IMG/VR virus record: IMGVR_UViG_3300024518_003743
Coordinates: 1-62,867 of that record
Reading direction: 5' to 3' (one strand)
From: a virus
Lineage: Duplodnaviria; Caudoviricetes
DNA: 62,867 nucleotides
Below, piece after piece: positions 19,199 through 28,700 of this stretch. Numbering within the stretch: the first letter of the stretch is position 1; every line of letters begins with the position of its first letter. The position numbers were made by a program, and so were the translations under genes. The notes beneath the pieces are model-generated. The model was not told the origin of the DNA, made no database searches, and saw only the letters and a list, made by a program, of their open reading frames with translations.

Positions 19199-19630
19199 TT
19201 ACAATGATGCTTCAATAGTGTTAATATCTTCGGAAACAACGTACTCTACTGGAACGCTGACCCCGTCTTCATGGTAGAAAAACTTACTACCACTTCCATC
19301 TTCTCTAATTCCGCCAACGACTCTGCTCGCAACAAAACCAAGGGATGAAGAACCTGATACCGGTGGCCTTCCGTCCATGGTTACGACTGTAGCTACGAAC
19401 ATTTCCACAGAGAGACCCGCAACAGTAGCTAAGTCCTCATCAACAATGTACTGAACAGAGTTATTGGCTTCCGATTGACGGCCTTCCATGATAGACTCTT
19501 GAACAGATAGAACGGTCTTGCTCAATGTGTTTTGAACCATTGGTCGGTTGATAGCTCTTGTATCAATAAGCATCAACTCGCTGGCGATAGCCACACCGTT
19601 TCTTTCAATCTGAGTTAGTTTTACTAGCAT
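19199..19630 (-). CDS. hypothetical protein, probably structural
   Basis: Internal repeat (YIVDEDLATV / YVVSEDINTI). Confidence 0.5.
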   Translation of the reverse strand: MLVKLTQIERNGVAIASELMLIDTRAINRPMVQNTLSKTVLSVQESIMEGRQSEANNSVQYIVDEDLATVAGLSVEMFVATVVTMDGRPPVSGSSSLGFVASRVVGGIREDGSGSKFFYHEDGVSVPVEYVVSEDINTIEASL

Positions 19631-20097
19631 TACGGTAATTTTTTGTTTTTAAAGTACTCGTGTATCTTCTTCCTATTAAGGACAATAATGTACACAAGGA
19701 AGCTCAAGCCTCCTATCAACAGAATGATCTCAAGCCATTCCCAAAAGCCTCGTTTTTCCGCGACAATCTTTTCTACCTCAACTTCCTTTTCAACGTACTC
19801 AGTGATTGTGATTGTATCACACTCTCCTTGGATGTACGAAAGCTTGGTAACCGTGTCGTAAAAATATTTGATAGTAAGGTTGTTCTCCTTTACTACAACG
19901 GTATCGTTCTGAAAGAAGAAAAGGCTGTCCTTTGTTGTTCGGTCAGTCGTTATAGTAACGGTGTCCTTAACCACTATTGTTTCAGTCGTGGTCTTAAGAA
20001 GACCAGGGTTCTTTCGAACAATACGGTTTAGTCTGGTCTGAGGTGAACAAGACGCCACAACCAGCAAAAGCATTATATATGAAATGAGCTTTCTCAC
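19630..20097 (-). CDS. putative unimolecular spanin (lipoprotein with C-terminal TM helix)
   Basis: Lipobox-like LLLVVASC, beta-rich middle, C-terminal TM; follows endolysin. Confidence 0.65.
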   Translation of the reverse strand: MRKLISYIMLLLVVASCSPQTRLNRIVRKNPGLLKTTTETIVVKDTVTITTDRTTKDSLFFFQNDTVVVKENNLTIKYFYDTVTKLSYIQGECDTITITEYVEKEVEVEKIVAEKRGFWEWLEIILLIGGLSFLVYIIVLNRKKIHEYFKNKKLP

Positions 20098-20771
20098 TTT
20101 TTCTTAGTTCTCTTTTTTGCTCCGGATTTTACTCCAGCCTTAGAGGCTGCCTTCACAGCAGCCTTCACACTCTTTTTTGGCTCAACGTCCGCTTTCGTAA
20201 GAAGCGTATAAGTATGAGTGTCGTTACCGTGAACCTTCTCTTCCATCTTCACCAAATTCATGAACTCGTGAAAATCAGCAACCCTCTTAAATACCTGGCA
20301 TCCTGCTGACCATTTGTCAATCTGATAGCTCTCGCTATACGGATTTGATCGGTGGATGTTAATTCCGAAACGCCCCTCTTGGATTGTCTCTTCTTTCATG
20401 TCGTGCTTAGTGTCTCGGTCACCGTCTCGGTATACTTTGACTTTTCCGCCTCTCTGACACAGTGCGGAATACTTTCCTGCATGAAGGTCAGTTTTGTAAA
20501 CCCCTCTATACTGTCCAGGAACAAGGATAGCAGTGCCGTTCTTGTTTAAAGGGTTTTTCAACCAGTATGAACCAGGGTCGGTAGTAGCAGGGTATGTTTT
20601 CACAATCTCGCTTCCGCTCTCGTCAATGTATGCAACACCGATAACATCATCAAATGTGTTCTCGTCCGTTTCAATTCTAACACCAAATAGATTGAGATCC
20701 ATTTTCTTGGTGAAGAACGCATATTTCTTGTTCTTGAATACCTTCTGAATTCCGCTGTACGTCAATTCCAT
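20094..20771 (-). CDS. putative endolysin, L,D-transpeptidase (YkuD)-like
   Basis: TTDPG, GINIH-x12-WSAGCQV His/Cys motif; lies between holin and spanin. Confidence 0.65.
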   Translation of the reverse strand: MELTYSGIQKVFKNKKYAFFTKKMDLNLFGVRIETDENTFDDVIGVAYIDESGSEIVKTYPATTDPGSYWLKNPLNKNGTAILVPGQYRGVYKTDLHAGKYSALCQRGGKVKVYRDGDRDTKHDMKEETIQEGRFGINIHRSNPYSESYQIDKWSAGCQVFKRVADFHEFMNLVKMEEKVHGNDTHTYTLLTKADVEPKKSVKAAVKAASKAGVKSGAKKRTKKK

Positions 20772-20781
20772 CTTTCTTGCT

Positions 20782-20982
20782 TTATTTTTCTTCGTCCGCG
20801 AAGAAGCTGGTTAAAAATTTCCCGGCCACACCTGAGGTGAAAACAATGAACTCTACACCAGGCCAGTCCATGGCCATAGCATATCCAGAAATGGACGTAG
20901 AAAGAAGGAGGCAGCCGTTTCCAATTCGTCTCCATTTCTTAGGGGTTAGCTTCCCGGTATTGCTTGTCTTAAATGTGCTCAT
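20782..20982 (-). CDS. putative holin
   Basis: 66 aa; TPKKWRRIG then two hydrophobic segments; directly upstream of endolysin. Confidence 0.6.
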   Translation of the reverse strand: MSTFKTSNTGKLTPKKWRRIGNGCLLLSTSISGYAMAMDWPGVEFIVFTSGVAGKFLTSFFADEEK

Positions 20983-20984
20983 AA

Positions 20985-21662
20985 TTATGCTACTATTACG
21001 TTAACACTGTTGATGTCGCATCCGTTCGCGTCTAGGACAAACACTTGATATGTTGCCGCCACAAGACCGGTTGCCGTTCTGGTCGTTTGAACAATAGGCG
21101 TTCCACCGTTGTCTCTCCACTCGTAAGTGTAAGGCCCGGTTCCACCAGTAACGTTTGCCGTTGCTGTTCCGTTTCCACCGCCTCCATCTGGAGTAGTAGC
21201 AGTCGTCAATCCTAGAGCCGCTGGCTCTGTGATGATGAATGTGATTACTCTGCTTGTTCCAGCAGTGTCAGTCACTGTCAAAGTGAAAGAGCCTGCAGGT
21301 AAAATAGCTGGGTCAGCTACCGCTGGAGTTACATCTTCCCAAACCAATGTGTAAGGAGCAACGCCGCCAGTAACCACGGCTGAAGCTGTTCCGGTTGAGT
21401 CTCCGTTACAAAGAACGTTAGTCAGGGTTAAGATTACTTGAAGAGGCGCTGTAGCGCTGATTCCGTGAGCCACAGACCCTGTGAGAGGGTCGATAGTAAT
21501 CACAGAATGAATGTCAAGGTTCTGCATGTAGCTGAGGTAATCAGCCACGGTAATAACACCCTTGGCTGCAGCGCAAACAAGTTTGTCTGAAGCTGTCTCA
21601 ACTATTGCGCACAGGCAATCATCGATTTCTGTCGCTGTTGGGATTGAGGTTGGTTCTGCCAT
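20985..21662 (-). CDS. SprB-repeat-containing virion protein
   Basis: Two repeats: TNVLCNGDSTGTASAVVTGGVAPYTLVW...LPAGSFTLTVTD and GTATANVTGGTGPYTYEW...GLVAATYQVFVLDANGC. Confidence 0.75.
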   Translation of the reverse strand: MAEPTSIPTATEIDDCLCAIVETASDKLVCAAAKGVITVADYLSYMQNLDIHSVITIDPLTGSVAHGISATAPLQVILTLTNVLCNGDSTGTASAVVTGGVAPYTLVWEDVTPAVADPAILPAGSFTLTVTDTAGTSRVITFIITEPAALGLTTATTPDGGGGNGTATANVTGGTGPYTYEWRDNGGTPIVQTTRTATGLVAATYQVFVLDANGCDINSVNVIVA

Positions 21663-21668
21663 TTTATT

Positions 21669-22310
21669 TTACGTTAGTGTTAGTACTACAGGGATGACTT
21701 TAGTTACGCCCGCACCAACCAACTCAAGGTTGAAGTTGTATACGTTTGCAGCGACGCTAGCATCGATGTTGATTTGAATAGCTTTCGTGCTCTCTGGTCC
21801 GTCGATAACAACTGGAGACGCTACAAGTGTAACGCCAGCAGGCGGAGGAGAAACGAGTGGAGCCATTTGAATAACGATTGGATCAGAAGTATTCACTCTG
21901 TCAATCTCAACGGTCATGTCGTGCAAGATCCCTGCGCCAGCAGACCCGTTGATTGTTTCGACTCCGTTAATAACATTGAATTGTTCACTAGTTTCAGGAG
22001 TAGGAACAGGATCGATAGTGTCGCTTAATTGAGCAAGAAGTGTAGACGCCTCTTCAGGAGTTACACAGCCAAGAAAGTCTCCGGTGTTTGGGTCAACTAG
22101 CTTCATGTAGCCTTCGCCGCAAGTATGCTTGTTCTTGTTGTAATGCTCAGCATCGTGAGGGGTAAGGCATCCAGCCTTGTTTCCGCATTCATCGAAAACA
22201 GCAACTAACCCAGGAGGGCAGCACTCGCAAGTGTCTTGAGTTGCGTCGCATCCAGCTTGGTGCTTCGAATAAATGTTTTGATCGTCGTACTTTGGTGGCT
22301 CTAGTCCCAT
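21669..22310 (-). CDS. Cys-rich structural protein with C-terminal Ig-like domain
   Basis: CECCPPG...C...C N-terminal half; beta-sandwich-like C-terminal half. Confidence 0.55.
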   Translation of the reverse strand: MGLEPPKYDDQNIYSKHQAGCDATQDTCECCPPGLVAVFDECGNKAGCLTPHDAEHYNKNKHTCGEGYMKLVDPNTGDFLGCVTPEEASTLLAQLSDTIDPVPTPETSEQFNVINGVETINGSAGAGILHDMTVEIDRVNTSDPIVIQMAPLVSPPPAGVTLVASPVVIDGPESTKAIQINIDASVAANVYNFNLELVGAGVTKVIPVVLTLT

Positions 22311-22327
22311 ACCAATAACTTTTTATA

Positions 22328-22699
22328 TTAACAACTAGGGCAAATCACCCTAATCCTATCAATTACGTTACAAAGTTCTTCTGTGGATAGACAATTTATG
22401 TCTTCTGGAGTTACTGGTATCTTCTTGCCTTGTGACACCAAATATAGCGAATTCTTTTGAGATGCTACGATTTGTTCGTCTCTTAAATGTATTACGCCAT
22501 CCAGCACAAAATCGTTACCATTAGGGAACTCATAATTTTCAACACTTCTTATCAGGCAGCGCAAGTAATTAAGCTTGTCCAGCTTTGCTTCCGCCCCCAT
22601 ATATCCATAAGTGACATCTACCACATAGTCGCACGCAAGCTTAGATGAACAGCCTCTAGCCTTCACCAAGAAATTACATATATCCTGAGTAGTTATCAC
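22328..22699 (-). CDS. Cys-rich hypothetical structural protein
   Basis: Several Cys, ends ICPSC. Confidence 0.55.
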   Translation of the reverse strand: MITTQDICNFLVKARGCSSKLACDYVVDVTYGYMGAEAKLDKLNYLRCLIRSVENYEFPNGNDFVLDGVIHLRDEQIVASQKNSLYLVSQGKKIPVTPEDINCLSTEELCNVIDRIRVICPSC

Positions 22700-22709
22700 T
22701 TATTTATTA

Positions 22710-23045
22710 TTAATAGTCTTCTACGTATCCTACAACGTCAGCCGTTCCACCCGTTACAGTATAGTTAATGTCTACACCTGCAGAAATGTTTAAATACTTG
22801 TTTCCTCTACTGTCCAAAGGAAGGGGAGCGCTGTCAAACAGGTTGTCTCCCGCTGAAAGAGAGCTGTTTACCAGAAGGGTCTCTCCGTCAACAATAATAG
22901 TTATAGCTGTCCCTGTTGCTGCAGTAACGTGAAGCATGAGTAGCTTTGAGCCCTCAGCTCCTGTGGTTAGAAGAGTTCCGCCAGTTGAACTGTCGTGAAT
23001 TGTTCTGCCTTCTAACGTGAAAAATATGTCTTGATTCTTTGCCAT
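22710..23045 (-). CDS. putative structural protein
   Basis: Beta-rich 111-aa ORF in virion block. Confidence 0.55.
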   Translation of the reverse strand: MAKNQDIFFTLEGRTIHDSSTGGTLLTTGAEGSKLLMLHVTAATGTAITIIVDGETLLVNSSLSAGDNLFDSAPLPLDSRGNKYLNISAGVDINYTVTGGTADVVGYVEDY

Positions 23046-23055
23046 GTCTGTTTAT

Positions 23056-23415
23056 TTAAAAGCAACTAAAATCTCCCGCACAACCTCCGGCGAGAGCTAA
23101 CACTAATGGGAGGTTCGCGTCTTGACCGTCGGCTCCAGGGACTCCCTGAGCTCCGGTGTCACCCTTGTCCCCTTTGTCTCCTTCGGCTCCTGGAGGGCCT
23201 TGAACTCCTTGTGAGCCCGCTCCTCCAGCGGGTCCTTCAGGTCCAGCTACTCCAATCGGACCTGGATCGCCCAAGTCGCCCTTGTCCCCTTGAGCTCCTT
23301 GCTCTCCTTGAGGACCAATTTCTCCTTGATTACCTTGATCACCTTTTTCTCCCTGAGGTCCAATGTCACCTCTGTCACCTTTCGGTCCTATTGGTATTTT
23401 ACAATCGTCGCTCAT
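23056..23415 (-). CDS. collagen-like (Gly-X-Y) protein
   Basis: About 30 uninterrupted GXY triplets; Cys at both ends. Confidence 0.85.
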   Translation of the reverse strand: MSDDCKIPIGPKGDRGDIGPQGEKGDQGNQGEIGPQGEQGAQGDKGDLGDPGPIGVAGPEGPAGGAGSQGVQGPPGAEGDKGDKGDTGAQGVPGADGQDANLPLVLALAGGCAGDFSCF

Positions 23416-23921
23416 TACTGACCAATTAATACTGTTGTTATTGCCTGAGGGCCTGTAGTTCCTACTATGAAGTTGGCCTCTAGATCACCTGTAGTTTTGT
23501 TTACTCTAACGTCTGCTACCATTCCGGCCAGAACAGCGTCTGTGCAGAATGACAAAGCGATACCATCGTCAAACCAAATTTTGTACGTATACCTCAACGA
23601 AGCCTGTGTAATAGACAGTGAAGCAAAGTTTGCGGCCACCATGATTGTGACGTAAATCCCAGTCGTGGGCACCACAATGGTTTGTGTAATCGATACTACC
23701 GAACCTGCTGGACCCTGAGGACCCTGAGGACCGTTAGCTCCTTGTATTCCTTGAGCTCCGTCGTTTCCTTGAACACCCTGAATACCCTGGGCTCCAGAAT
23801 CTCCGTCGTCACCTTTTGGCCCGTCAAAACCTCTCGGCCCCATAGTTCCGGATTTGCCGGTTGCTCCCGGGTCTCCTTTGTCCCCTTTCGGACCCACTGG
23901 TATTTTGCAGTCGTCACTCAT
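23415..23921 (-). CDS. collagen-like protein with C-terminal domain
   Basis: [14 protein letters not shown] start, about 20 GXY triplets. Confidence 0.85.
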   Translation of the reverse strand: MSDDCKIPVGPKGDKGDPGATGKSGTMGPRGFDGPKGDDGDSGAQGIQGVQGNDGAQGIQGANGPQGPQGPAGSVVSITQTIVVPTTGIYVTIMVAANFASLSITQASLRYTYKIWFDDGIALSFCTDAVLAGMVADVRVNKTTGDLEANFIVGTTGPQAITTVLIGQ

Positions 23922-24592
23922 TATATGTTCTCAGAAACAACAGTTGTTCCTAGAATGAAGTTAATTAGGTTTCCGCCAGTGTTTCCAATAATTCTAACAT
24001 TGAGAACCCCTGCACTCATCTGCATCCTGGCAGTGAATGGCTGAGGAAGCGTTGAAATGGCTGTCGCATCATTTACATACGGCTCAACTCCTTGACTGAA
24101 GAACTCTCTGTCTGCAGAAAGTATTCCGGTCAAATCAAGAGCGAAATCAACCACAGGCTTGGTTCCAGGAACTGTTTCGCTAGTATTCAATGAAATATTC
24201 AGTCTTATCAACATAGAGAAGTTCGGGTCTAGCCCTCCCCCTCCAGCATAGATTGGCTGAGAAATTACGTTTGATGTGTTGATAGATTGCGCGTTCAAGT
24301 CCGCAGGCGTCGCCGCTGTAGCAGTGTATGTGCTGTTTACAGCCGAGCCTATGGTAGGAACCAAATCGATGTTTAACCCTCCAGCAGGCTGGATATTGAA
24401 TTTCACACCTTGGGCTATAGCTCCATCGGCTCCGGCTGGTCCAATAGGGCCTTGAGCACCTGGATCACCTGTTCTGCCTTGACGGCCAGGAGGGCCTTGA
24501 CCACCTTGAGGACCTCTTTCGCCTTGCTTGGTGATTACCTTCTTTTGGACACAATCGCATCCCGACACCTTTCTACATTTAGGGCAGCTCAT
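23921..24592 (-). CDS. collagen-like protein with Cys-rich N-terminus
   Basis: MSCPKCRKVSGCDC then GXY repeats; ATG at 24592. Confidence 0.8.
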   Translation of the reverse strand: MSCPKCRKVSGCDCVQKKVITKQGERGPQGGQGPPGRQGRTGDPGAQGPIGPAGADGAIAQGVKFNIQPAGGLNIDLVPTIGSAVNSTYTATAATPADLNAQSINTSNVISQPIYAGGGGLDPNFSMLIRLNISLNTSETVPGTKPVVDFALDLTGILSADREFFSQGVEPYVNDATAISTLPQPFTARMQMSAGVLNVRIIGNTGGNLINFILGTTVVSENI

Positions 24593-24593
24593 A

Positions 24594-25223
24594 TTATACC
24601 TTCTTAAGTTTTTTAACAACTAGCCTTTCTAGTATGCCATCGCCAACACCGTCGTTCATGTTGATTTTGAATGTGTTTGTCACAGCGAAGTTGTATGGAG
24701 TCACATCGAACAATGAAACTGCAGGGACAGCGAACACACCGTTAATATCGTTCAGGTCGAAGTAACCCTTAAAGTTGCTTCCTTCTTTCATAAGCATTCC
24801 TTTTACCATAAAGGTGCTCGAGTCTTCAACAACAGTCTTAGCTAAGAATACAGCTCCAGAAGAGTTGTCTGTTATAGAGAAGTCTGATGCAGAGTTGGCC
24901 ATCGTTATGACAGCCTCAATTTCAATAGCGTCTCCATCGGTTACCAACGTGTTAGCTGGAAGCGAAAAGAACGCATCTGTAGGTGAGCTTGTTTGGCTAA
25001 GCTGGAAATGAATAATAGAAGCTCCAGCTTCTCCCGTCGCTCCGGCTGGGCCTGCTGGGCCTGCTGGGCCTTCTGGTCCGCCCGCTGGTCCTTCTGGGCC
25101 TGCTGGGCCAGGTTCTCCCGGAGGTCCCGAAGGTCCTTGAGCTCCGCGAGGTCCGCGAATACCGGTCTTGGTCACCACTTTTACGTGGCACTCTTCACTT
25201 GAACAACATCCCTTATCACACAT
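24594..25223 (-). CDS. collagen-like protein with Cys-rich N-terminus
   Basis: MCDKGCCSSEEC, GXY repeats, beta-rich C-terminal domain. Confidence 0.8.
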   Translation of the reverse strand: MCDKGCCSSEECHVKVVTKTGIRGPRGAQGPSGPPGEPGPAGPEGPAGGPEGPAGPAGPAGATGEAGASIIHFQLSQTSSPTDAFFSLPANTLVTDGDAIEIEAVITMANSASDFSITDNSSGAVFLAKTVVEDSSTFMVKGMLMKEGSNFKGYFDLNDINGVFAVPAVSLFDVTPYNFAVTNTFKINMNDGVGDGILERLVVKKLKKV

Positions 25224-25232
25224 AGCGCTAGT

Positions 25233-25772
25233 TTATGAACAACATTTACATTGAAGGTCAATGTAAGTTATAATTTTTTGTGCCTGGTCAATCCGTCCTT
25301 CACACGCTGCCCATCGGGCATTGTCGAGAAGAGTTTCTAGCTCTACAGTCTTCTTGTTTTCATCAGAAGATGCGTCGTAAGGATCTGAACCGGCTTTTCT
25401 TTTTTCAATACAGCATTCAACTACTGCGTCAAAAAGCGCGTAGCATGTGGCAGCAAGAGACACCTCGTCGTTCGACGCTCTGTACTCTATCTTCCAGATA
25501 CCGCTTTTTATTTCATCCAGCCCAAGGTCTTGAGCTAGGATTTCGAAGCCGATTTCCGAGTCATTCGGAAAAGTAGGGTGTACATCAATTACAATAGGTT
25601 CTGACGTCTCCGGAGGAAACACTGAAATTTCTGCTTTCGTAATGTCTGTAACCCTCAGGTTTGGGTCGCCCCATCCACCTTCGTTACACTTCTTCTGATA
25701 CTTACCTGTCTTGTCAAAGACGTGAATGGCCCCTTTGTCGGCCTCAACACTAAGTTGAAGTAATTCAGCCAT
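25233..25772 (-). CDS. Cys-rich structural protein (possible tail hub/collar)
   Basis: GGWGDPN motif, ECC, terminal CKCCS; heads the appendage operon. Confidence 0.55.
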   Translation of the reverse strand: MAELLQLSVEADKGAIHVFDKTGKYQKKCNEGGWGDPNLRVTDITKAEISVFPPETSEPIVIDVHPTFPNDSEIGFEILAQDLGLDEIKSGIWKIEYRASNDEVSLAATCYALFDAVVECCIEKRKAGSDPYDASSDENKKTVELETLLDNARWAACEGRIDQAQKIITYIDLQCKCCS

Positions 25773-25776
25773 AAAG

Positions 25777-25784
25777 CAAATCTA
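25777..25784 (-). promoter_or_regulatory. Bacteroidota -7 promoter (TAGATTTG), apparently leaderless
   Basis: TAnnTTTG followed after 4 nt by the ATG at 25772. Confidence 0.55.
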
Positions 25785-25794
25785 GTTAAATAAT

Positions 25795-28700
25795 TTAATT
25801 TATCCTATCAACAGCAATCCCAATCTTGGCAGATTTTCGATTTAGTGATACCCTTTTGTTTATAATGTCCTGCGATTGGCTTGGCTCGAGAGATTCGAGC
25901 AACTCTAGATTCTCGTTGATAAAATCGTAAGTCGCTGTCCCTGACTCCTTAATGTACTGATAGAACTCTTCGTGAGTCATATCAACTCCGTCAAGCATCT
26001 TTACGTTTGGCGAAGCTCCAGGTATGAATATACCTTTACGCCCTAAAAACAGCCACACCTTGTCATCTGTAACGTCAGTAAAGAATCGATTACCCTGCTT
26101 CTTTATTACGCCGCCCAGCGCATTTAGTTTTGGATTCAAATCAATATTTGACCGAACAAACGGAATTTCCTTCAGGATAGACGCTTGAATGGTCTTCCCG
26201 TCATAAACAGTGTTGTCAAAGAACCCTTTGTCAATTTGCTTAATGAAGTTAGGGATGAATGACGTTCCAGTTCTTCCAATCGACTTAAAAAGCTTGTCCG
26301 CCTGCTTCTCTGGGTTGCTGTCACTTGTTAGAGCGCTCATCAAGCCAGACAGACCTGACAAGAACGACATGTCGAATATGCCTCCTGCTGAAGACTGAAG
26401 CGCCCAGGCTGACTTTGTAATCATATCCTGTTCTCCAAGCTCTCCAAACTCCTCATTGTCCATCCAGTTACCTACGAACGACAGCCCAACTCCGAGAGGA
26501 GTAAACTGATAGCTCCATGTTCTATCTCCAATCTTAACGCTGTAAGGCCTATTCCCTTGAGACAGCCACTGGTTTTTCTTTCCGAAGTCACTTGGCCCAG
26601 CTCCTGTGATTTTGAAGAATGGGTCTTCATCGTCTCCGTATGCTTTTGCCATCATGTAGATTCCAGACATGAGAAGCGTTCCCATCGTCGCTTTTATCAC
26701 CTGACGCTGGCGTTGTTTGTTGTTTTCTGGAGCCAAAGTATCTAGCCTTGTGAAATTCCAGTTACTAGGGCTGACACCCATAGCTCTCAAATAACCCCAA
26801 GGAGTGTAATCAATTTGCTGGTTGAGTACGTTTGCAACTACATTCGTAAAAGGAACAACCAACTTGAATGGAGAAAACTTCTCTCCTATGGTTCCCATTG
26901 CTCCTGAGATCATTCCAATTACACCTTTAGGCTTGTAGTTGAATGTTACAAACGCAGCGAAGTCCTTAGCGTCAGACAGAACTTCTTCCGGAATACTTTC
27001 CTCAATAATTTCGTTTGCTCTAATTCGAACACGTCTTTTTCTTTCGCCTGGGGATATAGCACCTTCAACCTCTTCGATTGCTTGGATTTCTTGTTCCGCC
27101 TGCTCTTTGGCGTTGTTGAACGCCTCTGTAGAGTTGTTCATTAGCTCAGAAGTTCTTTCTCGGAGCTTTCTTCCGCTTAACCCCTCTTCTTTAGCGGCGT
27201 CTCTAGCGACTTCATGCTTCATCATCCCAGCACCAGCCATGTATGCTGAGGCATCTACAGCGGTCATTGCTCTAAGTACAAACTTGTAGTAGTTGAGAGG
27301 TCTGAACTTTCCGCCTTTAAACTTGTAATTCTCAAGCACTGGCTTGGCCTCTATCTTCGATGTAATCTTCGAAGGAGATACCCCAGTCTTAAGAATTTGG
27401 CGAGCTTCATCAGCCGCTCTTTTAGATCCTTCAAAGAATCCGAGTATACTTCCTCCAATCGCCTTCGGGTCTCCTTTTATCACTGCCTGTTGTATTCCAG
27501 ACACAGTAAACTCAAGCCCCAGGTTAAGAATGTTGGCGTATGCGTTAAGCAGTTGGGTTTCGTGACCTGAAAGAACTGACGCATACCATACAGACCAGAA
27601 TAGGTCTGACTTTTCTATTCCAGACTCTTTCTCAATAAGAGACAGCATCTCCTGAGTCTTCTCGGCTCTCAAAAAGCCTTCTGGACGATTCTCTCTTTCA
27701 GCCCCTAGCTCGTTTAGCTTCTCAAGTGTTTCGGGACGAAGCTCCGTGAATCCAAATGCTTTTTCCAGTTGGTCTTCAATTTGCTTGTCAGTGAGGTTGT
27801 TCTCTTTTGAAATATTGTCTATCGCCTCTATAGAAGTCTTGCTCGGAGTGCCTACTGCTCTCTTCATTGATTTCTTTCTCTCTGCAGATACAATGTTTTC
27901 AAATTCCGCCTCAATCTCTTTAGCAAGACCGTTTGCAGTGTCAGCATCAAGACCAAAGCTCTCCTGGAATTTCTTCGATAGGTCTGAGTCTTTCTTCGTT
28001 GAGGTGAAGTGCTCAACCACCATGTTCTCAATATCAGCGACCTCAGAAAGCTCGCTTAGAGTTTTTCCGGTTTCATTTTTAGCAGAAGCCCATATTCCTT
28101 TCAGAACATCATCGTCTTGCACATTCAGGTCGCTTCTCATGGATGCAGCCCATTCTTTGAACGTTCTAACCCCGCCCGCAAATAACGCGAATCCATACTC
28201 TCCGAGAGCTTCTATTTGCTCTTGGTTCAAGGCAATCAAAGAAACCGAAGCAGAGCTGCTTTTGGCTTTGTTGTATTTAGCTAGAGCGTCTTTCTTCTTC
28301 TTTTCAATTTGAGACTTGGTAAGCCCGAACGCCGTGACGTTCTTCTTTTTAATGTTTTTGGCCGACTTTTCGAAAGCCTTCTTAGCGGCGGTGGTAGTTC
28401 CTTTTTTGTATCCGGATTTTGTTCCCGAGTAAAGCACTCCCGCCTTCTTCTTGAAGTTCTTCTTCGCCTTTCTGAGCTGCTTCGAATACGCTACGGTCAA
28501 TCCCTCTACTGAGATGTTGTCCCATAAAGCAAATGCCTGAACTCCCTGACCTAGCTCAGTGGCTAGTCTAGAAACCTCGCTTGCGATCTCAATGGCATTA
28601 TCTAAAGCTTCTGGAGTCCCCTGGTTGTTGTACTCTTTGATAAGAGCCTGAGATAAAGACACGCGAACTCTAGGCGACATCTTGTTGTCTGCGTCTAGAA

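Noticed and set aside
23056-25223. Nucleotide repeats such as GGGCCTGCT in the collagen genes as a DNA repeat array
   Set aside because: Fully explained by Gly-X-Y coding.
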